64,000 nt of DNA from Octopus sinensis (GCF_006345805.1 NC_043014.1:32240001-32304000), one strand, 5' to 3'. Positions 24,667 to 37,737 are shown, counted from the stretch's first letter. The notes: generated from the letters alone by a model not told the origin. Made by a program: numbers and translations.

Positions 24667-25055
24667 ACTAATCTCATTATTATATTATGAGATTTCTGGA
24701 CATTTTATATAATGATCACTTATAGTGTCAACAGCTGTTGTAGATTGTTTGGTTAAACAAGCTACTGTTTTTAGTTCAACAGCAGCTGATGGGATGAACA
24801 GTCAGCAGTTTGTCAGCAGTGATGAGGGAAAAGCTTGTACACAACAACGCATACACAAACGCACACACATACATACACACATACATACATACATATACAT
24901 ACAATGAGCTTCGTTCAATTTCTGTCAACCAAATCTACTCACAAGGCTTTGGTTAACCTGGGACTATATTAGAAGACATTTGCTCAAGGTGACACACAGT
25001 GGGAGGGAACCTGGAACCATGTGGCTTGGAAGCAAAATTCTTTAGCACAAAATCA
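24480..25055 (-). mobile_element. SINE family A-like, interrupted by a 142-bp inverted duplication
   Basis: SINE segments at 24480-24635 and 24805-25055 flank (TA)n plus the insert. Confidence 0.7.
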
Positions 25056-25147
25056 TGACTATATCTATACAAATATGTGTATACGTGTGTGCGTATACAT
25101 ATACATATGTATATATTTGTGTGTATATATATGTATGTATATATACG

Positions 25148-25184
<37 letters not shown>

Positions 25185-25197
25185 GTATGTATATACA

Positions 25198-25236
<39 letters not shown>

Positions 25237-25888
25237 TATATATATGGAAGAGAGAGAGAGAGATGTTTGTTATGTACTTATTTTAATAATGAAAAAACTG
25301 AAGCCCATAATCCACAGCGATATTTTATCAATCATATCATCAAACACAAGTGTGATGTTTTATGTCTATGAGCAGATAAGCTTGCCTTATTGCGTAGCTA
25401 ATCTGTTTGCTTGACTGTGGTGGCTTAAATCTGTAATTCCAGAATATCATGTGTTATGTAAATAAATTATCTTAGAGCTTGGTGCTATATATATATATTA
25501 GATATATACATGATGATGCATATATATATATATATGAATACACATATACATATATGTGCGTGTCTATACATATATATATATATATATATCTAATATATAT
25601 ATATAATATATATCCATATATACATACAGAGGTACATATAGACATATGTATGTATGTATAATATATTTTATATATATAGAATCCAACGTTTCATATGCTG
25701 TATGGATTGTTACATAATTTCCGTATGTTGTAAAATCTACATCACCTGATAATTAATTCTTGATATTGAATGAAAATACTATATCTATGTATTTATCTGA
25801 CTATCTGTCTAATGTGTAGTGTTCCTATATATATTAGATATAGATATAGATATAGATATATATAGATATATATATATATATATGTATG

Positions 25889-25952
<64 letters not shown>

Positions 25953-26016
25953 ATATATGTATACATATATATATATGTATATATATATATACATATACAT
26001 GCATGCATACATACAT

Positions 26017-26051
<35 letters not shown>

Positions 26052-26430
26052 GTGCACATGCACACACATGCAAACACTCACACACATTCATATATATGTG
26101 GTATAGTCTAGGCAGTACAATTTTAGTCAATCTCAAACAGATATTTAATCATTGAGATTGCATAGCAACTCAACATGTAGTCTTTAAGGGTGTGTAATTT
26201 AAGCAAATGGAAAGAAATGACCTCAAACATATCACATAGATAAATATATTTATTATAAGTTATTTTATGGGATTTCTAGATGTTTTGGTGACTGTTCATC
26301 CCATCAGCTGCTGTTGAACTAAAAACAGTTGCTTGTTTAACCAAACAATCTACAACAGATGTTGACACTATAAGTGATCATTATATAAAATGTCCAGAAA
26401 TCTCCAAATATAATAATGAGATTAGTGTTT
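24663..26430. repeat. Long inverted repeat, 142-bp arms (24663-24804 / 26289-26430)
   Basis: 4 mismatches in 142 bp by manual alignment; (TA)n lies outside both arms. Confidence 0.92.
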
Positions 26431-27084
26431 ATATATATATATATATATATATATAATGGCGGTGCCCCAGCATGGCCACAGCTCATGAGCTGAAACTAGA
26501 ATCAATCAATCAATCAATCAATCATATGTGTCCAAAATCATGGAGTAGGAGAAAGAGTAGTATAAATGAAGGGAGAGGAGAGAAAATTGTAATTCAGTGA
26601 AGGAGAAGTATTGAGAGTAATAGCCCTAACTGAGAGTGAGAGTGAGAGAAAGTAATAGCAATGAGAGAAAGGAAATGGCAAAGAGCATGTCATGTATCTT
26701 CTATTCTTCTCTGTTATAACATATGAATAAGAAAGGAAGGGGTGAAAAAAGTCAGCATTTCAACTCGGTGTGAGTACATGTGTGTGTATGTAAAAAGGAG
26801 GTATGTGAATGTTTGTGTGTGTGTGTGTGTGCAATGGAAAGGGATGGTGAACATTCAATGCTGAAAAGAAAAATCAAACAGCATTTCAACTCTGTTTGAG
26901 TATGTGTGTGTATGTGCATGTATATATACAAGGGAAGTAAGTGAATGTTTCTATCTGTGATCATTATGTACCTTATTTTATACTTTATTTAAATAAAAAA
27001 TACTACAATTAGCCATCATTTTTTATGGTAAAGGGTCAGCTAATGAGAAAAAAAATGAAAAAGTCATTTTTAAACACCCTTTCT

Positions 27085-27203
27085 ACTATTGGAACAAAAG
27101 ATCCACCCCAGTGCTCAACTGGTATTTATTTCACCAACCCCAAAAGAAATGAAGGCAAAGTCGACCTCAGTGGAATTTGAACTCAGAATGTAAAGACAGA
27201 CAA
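27085..27203 (-). mobile_element. SINE family B fragment
   Basis: GAAGGCAAAGTCGACCTCAGTGGAATTTGAACTCAGAATGTAAAGAC. Confidence 0.75.
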
Positions 27204-27615
27204 AGGTGTGGCAGTGTGGTAAGAAGCTTGCTTCCCAACCACAATGGGACTGAGTTCAGTCCCATTGTGTGACTCCTAGGGCAAGTTTCTTCTACTCATG
27301 CTTTGTGAGTGGATTTGGTAGATGGAAAGTGAAAGAAATTTGTTGTATGTATGTGTGTGTGTGTGTGTGTGGTGTGTGTGTGTGTGTGTGTGTTTGTGTG
27401 TTTATGTGTGTTTGTCCTCCACCACAGCTTCACAATGGGTAATGTTGTGCTTATGTGTCTGTAGCAGTTTGGCAAAAGAGACTGAAATGATACCAGGCTC
27501 AAAAAAAAAAAAGAAGAAAAAAGAGTTCCAAGGTCGATTCATTCAACTAAAAATTCCTTAAAGCAATACCCCAGTATGGCCACAGTCCAATGACTGAAAC
27601 AAGTAGAAGATAAAA
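27203..27615 (+). mobile_element. SINE family A-like
   Basis: GTGGCAGTGTGGTAAGAAG head, (TG)n, 3' domain ending GAAACAAGTAGAAGATAAAAG. Confidence 0.8.
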
Positions 27616-27751
27616 GATAGATAGATAGATACATACATACATACATACATACATACATACATACATACATACATACATACAGAGTGAGAGAGACAGACAG
27701 ATAGACAGACTGATTGATTGATTGATTGATTGAGTGAGTGATTTATTGATT

Positions 27752-27784
<33 letters not shown>

Positions 27785-27851
27785 GGAGATAGATAGATAG
27801 ATATACAGAGATAGATAAATAAACAGATAGACAGACAGATAGGCAGACAGG

Positions 27852-27887
<36 letters not shown>

Positions 27888-28616
27888 CAGAGAAAGAGAG
27901 AGGGGGAGAGAAGGAGAGAAAGAAAATTATAATGAGTAGTGGAAGGCAGGAGGAAGTTGAAGAGCTTTAAGCTAGGTGTGAATGCCATTTATATGAAAAG
28001 AGCAAAGAATGAAGGTGGGGCAGTGGTATAGAACGTGTATCAGAGTATGTGTGGCATTTGTGGTAGGTATATGGAGGGTAGTGTTTGTGTATATATCAAA
28101 TGCGGAGTATTTAAGAGTATGGACGTGTGTAAACTTGGTGGCATTAGTGTGGAAATGATGTCATTGTGAGTGTAAGTGTTAGGTAGTGTGAAATGTGTGT
28201 ATGAGGCTGTGTGACCTGCATAGTGTGAGTGAATGTGTTGAGGATAAATTTGGGATAGTGTGTGCAATGAGAATGGATTTATTTTTGTATATCAACATCA
28301 TCATCATTTATAGTCCATTTTCCATGACTGGTTTGAATGGTTTGACTGGAACTGGTAAGATAGAGAGCTGCACAAAGCTCCAGCTTGTTTTGGTTTGGTC
28401 TCTACATCTGGATGCCTTTCCTAATGCCAACCACTTGGTATTATGTATGTATCATATACATTCATGCAGCATATATAATTATTAAATTATCTAAATTTTC
28501 ATGTGTCAGAAAGAGTTTTTTGGATTAAGTTTTGTCAGGAAGAGTTTCATAGATTTCAATGTTCATTGTCAGGTGTTATCTTAGACAAAAACTGGTCCTT
28601 TTTAATATACTAATGC

Positions 28617-28930
28617 TAGGCTCAGTGGTTAGAGCGTCGAGCTTACGATCGTGAGGATGTGAGCTCGAATCCCGGACCGGGCTGCGTGTTGTGTTCTTGA
28701 GCAAGACACTTTATTTCACGTTGCTCCAGTTCACTCAGCTGTAGAAATGAGTTGCGACGTCATGGGTGCCAAGCTGTGTTGGCCTTTGCCTTTCCCTTGG
28801 ATAACACTGGTGGCGTGGAGAGGGGAGGCCGGTATGCATGGGCGACTGCTGGTCTTCCATAAACCACCTTGCCCAGACTTGTGACTAGGAGGGTAACTTT
28901 CTAGGTGCAATCCCATGGTCAGTGTCATGA
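28617..28930 (+). mobile_element. SINE family C, CpG-rich (young) copy
   Basis: GGCTCAGTGGTTAGAGCG (A box), GCTCGAATCCC (B box), central domain; many CpGs retained. Confidence 0.9.
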
Positions 28931-29118
28931 CCCCCCCCCCCCAGTTCTGAACACTACAATTCTTATTGCATTGGGTCAATTTTCTGACAAAACTTCTCTG
29001 TTCTTAAGCATTTCATCAGAATTCAAGAAATAATAGCGCTTGATTTATTCCCCTTGATGACTACCAAACAGTAAAACAAACTTCAGTTCATACAGCAGTA
29101 GTTTGGGAAAGTGATTAA

Positions 29119-29339
29119 CCCTTTAGCATTCAGATTATTCTGTCAAATGTAATGATTATTTATTCTCATTGTTTTGAATTAATCATGCATTATCCCAAAG
29201 CTTTGAGATTTCAATGATGTGACTGTTTTATTTTTATAACGATATTGTAGGATATGTGTGAGAAGCTAGATCTGACCAGTTTGAACATAAAACAGATAGA
29301 ATATTTCGGTTGAATATGGGCAGTTTAAATGCTAAAGGG
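29119..29339. mobile_element. piggyBac-like MITE
   Basis: TTAA|CCCTTTAGCATT ... AATGCTAAAGGG|TTGA; 221 bp, non-coding. Confidence 0.85.
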
Positions 29340-29642
29340 TTGATACTTTTCCTTAATACAGCTGTTGGGATTAGGAAAAAAATCTTTTGAGTAAAAGAAG
29401 TGTAACAACAATTTTCATTTCTTGTTCAGCTCACATGATTTCCCTTTCTTGAAAACTTTTAATTTTCCCATATTTTGGTTGAATATGGATAGTTTAAATG
29501 CTAAAGGGTTGATACTTTTCCTTAATACAGCCATTGGGATTAGGAAAAAAAATCATTTGAGTAAAAGAAGTGTATAACAGACTGAGTAACAGCAATTTTC
29601 ATTTCTCATTCAGCTCACATGATTTCCCTTTCTTGAAAATTT
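29304..29642. repeat. Tandem duplication (about 165-bp unit) including the MITE right end
   Basis: 29304-29460 matches 29473-29642. Confidence 0.9.
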
Positions 29643-30129
29643 ATAAAAATATTGAAAGGTCAGCGTTTAGATCTTTCTTAAATATGTTGAGTTGTTTTTG
29701 ATGGGTTATTTCAATAACAGCCCTCAGTTGGTCATTGTCAATATCAGAAGCCCATTCTTAACCATCTTCAAACATCCTAATAGGTAAGGCTCTGGTCTCT
29801 ACTACAGAATTTTGAAGACCAATATAGATTTATATGTTCATTCAAAATACATTGGCCAAATACTTGGTTGACTTTGAGAGCAGTTACCACTGCTTTACAT
29901 TCTATTTTGAACTCATTCAATAAAAATGATTTTAATTTACTTCTCTTTATCTCTCTTTCATTTGATAGCACAGCCTAAACTAAACCAGAATAAACAGTGA
30001 AAGCAAAACCATTGCTTTAAATCAATGCACGAAAACCTATCCTTCAAAATGGTTAATTATGTGAGCATAGTTAAATAAAAGTTTATTCTACTACAAGCAG
30101 CATATTTTGAAATAACAGAAACTGCTATC

Positions 30130-30400
<271 letters not shown>

Positions 30401-31219
30401 TATAATAAACATATATTTGCATTAATGTGTTTGTGTGTATGTGTGTGTCTGTGTGTGCATGTGTGTTTAGATGTATGTGTTTGTATATATATATACATAT
30501 ATATATGTATATTTGTATATATATATACATATATATACAGACACACACACGCATGCACACACATTATGGTCATATTACATTTGTATGTTAAAATTACATA
30601 ATATATATAGCTTTTATTTTGCTAATATGGCTATTTGATTTAGTAGAAGTTCCTAGCCATTTTCTCTTTGCAATGTAATAAAGAATTCATCTTAGAACAC
30701 CAGACATATTCACAAATGTAATTACTTTCAGCTAGAATTTAGCTCTTTCAGACTTCTGTAGAAGTTATTGAGCTCTTGATATTGTTGTTCTTGCTATTAC
30801 TGCTGTGATTAATGCTACTGTATGTACATTGTGGCAGGATTTTAGGCAATTACCTGTGTTTGTTCCTATTTATGTTTAATATATATGTTCAACTGTGTAG
30901 ATCTTCACATATATCTTAGAATCTAATGAGTATATATCTATTACATACGTTATACATATATATATATATATTATATATATGTATTTGTGTGCGCGTGTGT
31001 GTGTGATCATCATCATCATCATCATCATCATTATCATCATCGTCATCATCATCATTTAATGTCCACTTTTCAGTGCTTGCTTAGAATTTGTTAAGTCAGG
31101 ATTTCTTCAGCCAGATGGCCTTCTTGTTGCCAACCCTCACCTGTTTCAAAGCAAGGTACTATTTCCTCATGGTCATACATGTCCTTCAATGAAGACTGGA
31201 AATGATTAACTTTGCTTCT

Positions 31220-31261
<42 letters not shown>

Positions 31262-31544
31262 GTGATGCTCATTTATAACCATAATGTGATGTCAAGAAAA
31301 GGTACATGCAAATACGTACACACACGTACATACACAAACATATGTACATACATAAATACATACATGCATACATACATACATGGTGGCTGCCCCCTCATTA
31401 TTGAGTATGGCCATTGCATGAAGCTTAATCAATGTTGTTATCGTGCAATGCCTGTGCAAGAAGATTTTTTTTAAAGTGAGGAAAGGCTGTGCACTGAGTC
31501 AATCCCACTCACTAAATAACAGCAGCAATAATCTGAAAAGAAGA

Positions 31545-31880
31545 ACAAGTCAACATCATCGGTAACCACTGAGTCGCAGGTTTTATGTCGGAAATATCCC
31601 AGTTGCCTGAGTTACCTTCTCCTAGAAGGATGCCCTAACAAAGGCTAGGAGTCAATCACTCCCAATGGTTTAACAGCGCGATCGGGTATTCAGTCCGATT
31701 ATTTCGATGTCCCCGTGCATGATACAGGTTTAAGACATTTATTGGATGGCCATTGACTCTCAAGAGTTCCTCCATCCTTTGACAGGTTTTGTTTTTCATC
31801 CCGCAGGATGTCCAATAAACACCCTCCTCACCAAGCAAGCTTGGTGGGGTTGCCAGTTTAGTCGCCGATGACCCGACCAT
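31545..31880 (-). mobile_element. CpG-rich dispersed-repeat-like segment, possibly a LINE 5' UTR
   Basis: CpG-rich block bounded by a (CATA)n tract, and it resembles an Octopus repeat I recall. No second copy in the window, so the class is inferred. Confidence 0.4.
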
Positions 31881-32679
31881 GCATACATACATACATACAT
31901 GCGACATACATGCGACATACATACATACCTATATGAGCGTATACTAGATATGCTAGTATATCCACGAGAAGACATACATAAAACAAAGCATGCAAATCTG
32001 CACGTATACATACAAAAACACCCTGTTGTTGATGTTGAAATTCCAATTAAGAAACCAACTCTTTCTCTATTGGCAAGAAATCTTGAAATAGAATTGAATA
32101 ATGACATACATACATACATGCATGCATGCACACATTCATGCACACACACACATACATACATGTACTATGGGCTTCTATTAGTTTTCTATCCACCAAATCC
32201 AATCACAAGTCATTTGTCCATATTACCACTTAGAGGGACTGAACCCGGGAACACAGGAACACAGGGCTAGGAATCAAGCTTTTCAGTCACACAACCACAG
32301 GTATGTCTGTGCGTGTGTATGTGTGTGTGTGTGCTGCAGTTACTAATGAGAAGAAAAATGTATTCAGTACATGTAATAGAGTACAGTGTATTCATTAGCT
32401 TGAAACAGAGGCTTTCTTTGTCACTATTCCAAGGCTCACATGGTGCCGAACTCTCACCTGCTATCCTTCTCTATATCAACACATCCAATGCATCCAATGA
32501 CATCAGCTAAGTTAGTCTGTTGAAGATAATGGTCAGTTGCAGGTGACTGCAGAATTAAATCTATATATTTGTAACAATTACATGAAGCCTTGTGGGCATC
32601 AGTGTACATAAACACAATGGCATCAAAGCCATATATTACAGTTTACATTTGGAAATTAATAAATGGTACCAAAACTATG

Positions 32680-32865
32680 CAGTTTCATTTTCTTCTTTAT
32701 TTTGCAATGTTGATTAATGTTTTCAGAAGCTCTGTGATTTGGATATGGTATCAGATATTGTACTAATGGCAAGATGTTCAATTTAAGAGGCTTCAAGCCA
32801 ATAGCCAAAGCAACATTAAAGACATACATCATCAGAGACTTCTTGTTTGCTGACAGCATAAAGTT
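32680..32865 (+). pseudogene. RTE LINE reverse transcriptase fragment
   Basis: GIRYCTNGKMFNLRGFKPIAKATLKTYIIRDFLFADS matches the RTE (Y.TDGKLFN...IRDLLFADD) motif. Confidence 0.8.
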
Positions 32866-33034
32866 AAGAGGAGTCTTTAACATTGCGGAGGTTATGACAA
32901 CTTATCCCAAATATGCTAGCAATGGAATAAAGCATAAAATGACGAGGATGGCGAAACCAATGCTATAAACATACGCACACAACACACAAAGGCAAACATG
33001 CAAACATACACACACACACACACCCACATATATA

Positions 33035-34095
33035 TGAGGTGCATTCAAAAAGTATCAAACTTTATTTTTTTCCCACCAAAACTAATACCACGAGAGCAAA
33101 ATCCTTTAGGTGAGAGGTGACGCCAATCTTCTTGCGTATGTGTGAAAATTTTGATGCTGGTAGGTTGCATCAGTTCCTGGCTGTTACACCTAGAGAACAG
33201 ACATGTAGTGTAAGCTCATTGGATTTTCATTTACTCACAAAATGACTGGATGCATCAAGCAGAGATGAAAACCAGTGATGATGGTCTTCATGAAGTTCTG
33301 GGTTGTCCTGAGTGATTTCCATGCAGAGTTGCTTCTGCTGCTCTGCCAGCACCTTGGGGACGAACTTTGCCGACACTCTCTGACTGCGCAAATCCTCCAT
33401 TAAAATGGAATATACTGATTCTGTGCCTGTTCTTATTGCATGAGCAATTTCCTGGATTGTTACATGATAGTCTTCCATGATTATTCACTAAAACTTTTCA
33501 ATCAGCTCCTCTCCTCAGTTTGTTGATGGCCTGCCTGAGCATGTCTTGCCCACCACTGAGGTCTTGCCCACGGAGGGGTCATCTCACCCAAGACGCCAGT
33601 GTATTATAGTGGTCGGGGCCACTCGCCCCCAAATCTACATGCTCATCGAGATGCTCTGGTTATTATAGTGGGCAGCACCACCGCTGATAATCTGCAAGTC
33701 TTCAAGTGACCGAGTGAAGGAACAAGCAGGGCCCCGAGGTGCTGCCATGTTTGATGCAGTTGTCTCACTCTTTGCTCTGAACTTTGCCCATGGCATCATT
33801 GCCAAAGATTTCCTGAATCTTCTGGATGATTTAAGCTTGAGCATCACCAAACTTTTGACAAAACTTGATGCACATCTCTGCTTGAAGCTTTCAGGGGAAA
33901 CAAAAATCCACCAAACATGCACTATGCATCTGTACTGTATGCATAACAACTGGGGTCTGATACGGCCTACCTGCATCGAAATTTTCACACACAATCAGGA
34001 AGGGTAGTGCTACATCCTACAGAAAGAATTTTGCCCACGCAACATTAGTTTTGGTGGGAGAAAAATAAAGTCGGATATTTTTTGAATGCACCTTA
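33035..34095 (-). mobile_element. mariner-like transposon, internally deleted
   Basis: About 70-bp TIRs (TGAGGTGCATTCAAAAAG / TTTTTTGAATGCACCTTA). Minus-strand CIKFCQKFGDAQ.., SGRPS and VSAKFVPKVL; catalytic DD34D region absent. Confidence 0.9.
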
Positions 34096-34145
34096 GTATG
34101 TGTATATGTGTGTATGTCATCATCATCCTCCTGACATAAATATAT

Positions 34146-34420
34146 ATTGTATGGTACAGAGAAGCATGGACACTCTACCTAATACAAGTTAAAAAGATCA
34201 GTGCCTTTGTCATGTGACCTCAAAGAGCTGTCATGAATGCCAAATGGTGGCATTATGCTTCAAACTGTGAAGTCCTCAGGATGGATGGCTTCCAATCCAT
34301 GCACCATCTATTGATGCAGAGAAATCTCCATTAGTCCAGCCACATTACCAGACTTGATAACGATAGCAAATCCTGTTCTGACAATGAGCAGATGGCTATA
34401 CAAGCATTAGGAGACCCAAA
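34146..34420 (+). pseudogene. RTE LINE ORF C-terminal fragment
   Basis: LYG(T)EAWTLY..VKKISAF..NAKW...SNCEVLRM...LLMQRNLH*SSHITRL matches the RTE post-RT region. Confidence 0.75.
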
Positions 34421-34611
34421 TTTAGATTCAAGGGCAGTGTCAAGTGGAATTTAAAGAGCCTATCTACTCCCACTGAAAAGTGGTACCAGCTAGCTGGTGA
34501 TAACTCTATTTGGAGAAAATCTGATAAAGACAGTCATAGTTGTTAACAAAGGACTAGAAGGAAAGGAAACATCCATCTGTCTGTCTGTCTGTCTGTCTTC
34601 TGCTTGCCTTC

Positions 34612-34644
<33 letters not shown>

Positions 34645-34668
34645 AATCTATCTATCTATATCTATATC

Positions 34669-34700
<32 letters not shown>

Positions 34701-34855
34701 TATATGTATTGTATATATATATATGTGTATATATATATTGTTATATTTCGGAATGGTCATATTGCCAGTTTAGCCAATAAAAACACACGCACTATATATT
34801 TGGTGTTATTTTGCTTCTTGATATTTATTTTTCACATTAATCTTAATCTTATTTC

Positions 34856-34900
34856 GGCCAGAGTTCTTTCGTCACACTCCTGTGACCGCATCAGTGGTCC
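34856..34900 (-). ncRNA. Hammerhead-like motif in inverted pLTR (CUGAUGCG core)
   Basis: GGACCA-CTGATGCG-GTCAC-AGGAGT-GTGAC-GAA-AGAACT-C-TGGCC: all three stems are identifiable. Confidence 0.6.
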
Positions 34901-34980
34901 TTTGTTTTCTTCTTTCGTATTTGTGTCTCTCCTTACTAACCGTCAGCCATTTTGTATTTCTATTGTATGTCTTCATTTGC

Positions 34981-35366
34981 TCTGTACGGATAACTATTGC
35001 ACTGTATGTAGATTTAGCCCACAAACAAACTGTAAAGCCAGAAATGTAGTCTATAGTATAAGATGTATAGAGGGACGATGCAGTAACAAGACAATAACAT
35101 ACATAGGGGAAATGGCAAGAAGCATAGGAGAGCGGGTGAATGTACATTGGAGACAACTGAAGGAAGGTAAAAGCTCGTCGATTCTGTACCAACACGCCGA
35201 ACAGGAACACGGGGGATCAATCAATAACATAGAGATTAAGATATTGTCCACACATAGAACAGATGCAACAATTAGACAAATTACAGAAGCTACACATATA
35301 ATAGAAAATAAACCTAGCCTGAATAGAAAACTAGAATGGAGCAATAGCACACACCAAAACATATGA
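34981..35366 (+). pseudogene. GIY-YIG endonuclease domain of a Penelope-like element (open frame, no RT)
   Basis: CTVC..NCKARNVVYSIRC...YIGEMARSIGERVNVH...LYQHAEQEH...RQITEATHIIENKPSLNRKLEW. The upstream part of ORF 34497-35366 is microsatellite and inverted pLTR. Confidence 0.9.
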
Positions 35367-35889
35367 CGATAGAGGATCCCGAAAACATAATAAATAAATA
35401 CACAGATAAATAAACAAATAGAAATGAATAACTATATATATGTATATATATCTATGTATGTATATGTATGTATATATATATATGAATAACTATATATATG
35501 TATATATATCTATGTATGTATATGTATGTATATATATAGATATATATATATATATATATTTTTTTTTTTTCGATTAGATTTATTATTATTATTACTAATA
35601 TTGTTGTTATACATACATACAAGCATATGTAATGATAATAATGGGTGGATGTAAACACATGAACAAAATTAGAACAAAAGCAACAACAACAAAAACAAAA
35701 TACAAATTACATGAATGTATATAAACAGAAGATACAAATATTACAGGCATCCCCACCCCCACACACACACACTAAATAAACATAGACGCACATAGAGATA
35801 TAAGCATGTGCAAATGAAGACATACAATAGAAATACAAAATGGCTGACGGTTAGTAAGGAGAGACACAAATACGAAAGAAAAAAACAAA

Positions 35890-35934
35890 GGACCACTGAT
35901 GCAGTAACAGGAGTGTGACGAAAGAACTCTGGCC
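35890..35934 (+). ncRNA. Hammerhead-like motif in 3' pLTR (CUGAUGCA core)
   Basis: Same motif as 34856-34900 with two substitutions, one of which disrupts stem II. Confidence 0.5.
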
Positions 35935-36107
35935 GAAATAAGATTAAGATTAATGTAAAAAATAAATATCACTGAAGCAAAATAACACCAAATATATAGT
36001 GCGAGTGTTTTTATTGGCTAAACTGGCAATATGACCATTCCGAAATATAACAATATCTGTTTCAATACACGACTTCACATAAAAAATCTTGCACAACAAA
36101 TATTTAA

Positions 36108-36166
<59 letters not shown>

Positions 36167-36219
36167 TATGTATATATATATATCTGTCAGTCTGTCTGTT
36201 TATCTATAAACACACAAAC

Positions 36220-36368
36220 ACATTCACACACGATGTGCTTCTTTCATTCTCTGTCTACTAAATCCCCTCACAAGGCTTTGATCAACCTGAAGGTATAGTA
36301 GAAGACACATGCCCAATGTGCCATGCAGTTGGACTGAACCTGGAACCATATGGTTGGAAAGCAAGCTT
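36220..36368 (-). mobile_element. SINE family A head fragment
   Basis: CTCACAAGGCTTTG...GTAGAAGACAC...GGACTGAACCTGGAACC. Confidence 0.75.
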
Positions 36369-36879
36369 ATATATACATTTATATTTATTTAAAAACACTT
36401 TGATTCAGTTCTATGTGACTTAAAGTTTCATCGGCTTCTTACAGAAACCTAGCTCATTCAGGCTCAGTTAACTGAATGGAGAGATACAGGAAGTTCAAAA
36501 TGCCTGGTGGAAACTGGGATGCTACTGGTCAAGGTGGGTCACATAGTATTATTAAGAAGTGAGAGCAATATTTCAGCGACACCAGATGCATTAGAAAGGC
36601 GAACTCCTTGGATCAATTGGGTGACCAGGAAGCTTGTGACATCTGGGAGTCTGGTAGACTTTTGTAAGAACTTGGAGGCTGACAGAAACATGACCGGCAA
36701 GGATTTGTGTGTGTATATGTGTGAGTATACCAGATACATGAATACATGAATGCATGAATTTGGGTGTCTGATGTCTATGTATATCAATCAGTTATACATA
36801 TGTGTGTGTGAGTGTGTGTGTAACCTGGCACATATACATATGTATTTGTATAAGCATATATATGTGTGGGTGTCTCTCC

Positions 36880-36928
<49 letters not shown>

Positions 36929-37145
36929 AGCCATGCCTGCATGGAAAACGGATATTAAATGATGGTAATATGTATGTGTGTGTGTGTGTGTAAACATAGA
37001 TTTGTATATGTTCATGCACACACATGTGTACATAGATATATATGTATATGTGCATATGCATATACAATGTATGTTTATACATATATACATTTATATGTAT
37101 GTATACACATATATACATATGTGTGCATATATATGTATGTATGTG

Positions 37146-37177
<32 letters not shown>

Positions 37178-37737
37178 ATATATATATACATACATACACA
37201 CATATACAGATGATACTATCACATGCTAATAGAGTGATAAGGTAATATGCCATACATTCAAATTCTAATAAGAAATTGCATGAGTTAATATCATTCAATT
37301 GATGAAAAATTGCATCAGCAGCTGCACGATTCTCTTGCATTCGGTGTGCAACTGACTTAATTTCCAATCTCACTTTTCCAAATGAGGTGATTTTAACAGT
37401 GATTGAAACTGACAACTTAGTTTTTGATTCACTGTTGTTTTTGTTGTTGTTATTCATGTGGTGGTGATGGCGTTAGTGGTGGTGGTGGTGGTGGTGGTGG
37501 TGTTGGTGTTGGTGGTGGTGGTGCAACTCTTTTTTTTTAATTGCTGGTCACTCAATTTTCTTGTTGATTTCTTGTTATTATTGATGTTGTTGGTATTTTG
37601 TTATTATTGTTGCATATATGTGTATATACATGTGTGTGTGTATAATTAATGCATGCACACATATTTGCACTCACTCACACAAATACAGCTATGTTTACAT
37701 ATATACATATGCACACACATGCACAGGCATATACAAG

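Larger units (their letters stand above)
34735..36056 (+). mobile_element. 5'-truncated Penelope-like element with inverted pLTRs
   Basis: 246-bp inverted repeats 34735-34980 and 35810-36056 flank a GIY-YIG coding segment and an A-rich 3' region. Confidence 0.9.

Noticed and set aside
25677-25755. Hammerhead-like remnant (GAAACGTT-GGATT with AATCC)
   Set aside because: No recognisable CUGANGA core in the correct position.
28617-28690. tRNA gene
   Set aside because: The A/B boxes continue directly into a SINE body. All tRNA-like heads here are SINEs.
34497-34980. N-terminal 160 aa of the 289-aa ORF
   Set aside because: Translation of microsatellite and the inverted pLTR; only 34981-35366 is a real domain.
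36403-36476. Minus-strand hammerhead-like motif (CTGAATGA...GAAACTTTAAGTC)
   Set aside because: Stem III and GUC look right, but the core has an insertion and proximal stem I does not pair; too degenerate to call.
36490-36700. Possible exon or CR1 3' end
   Set aside because: No clear motif or splice pattern.
36882-37457. Minus-strand ORF MNNNNKNNSESKTK...
   Set aside because: The first 80 or so codons look protein-like, but I recognise no family, see no convincing splice sites, and the rest is (TA)n.
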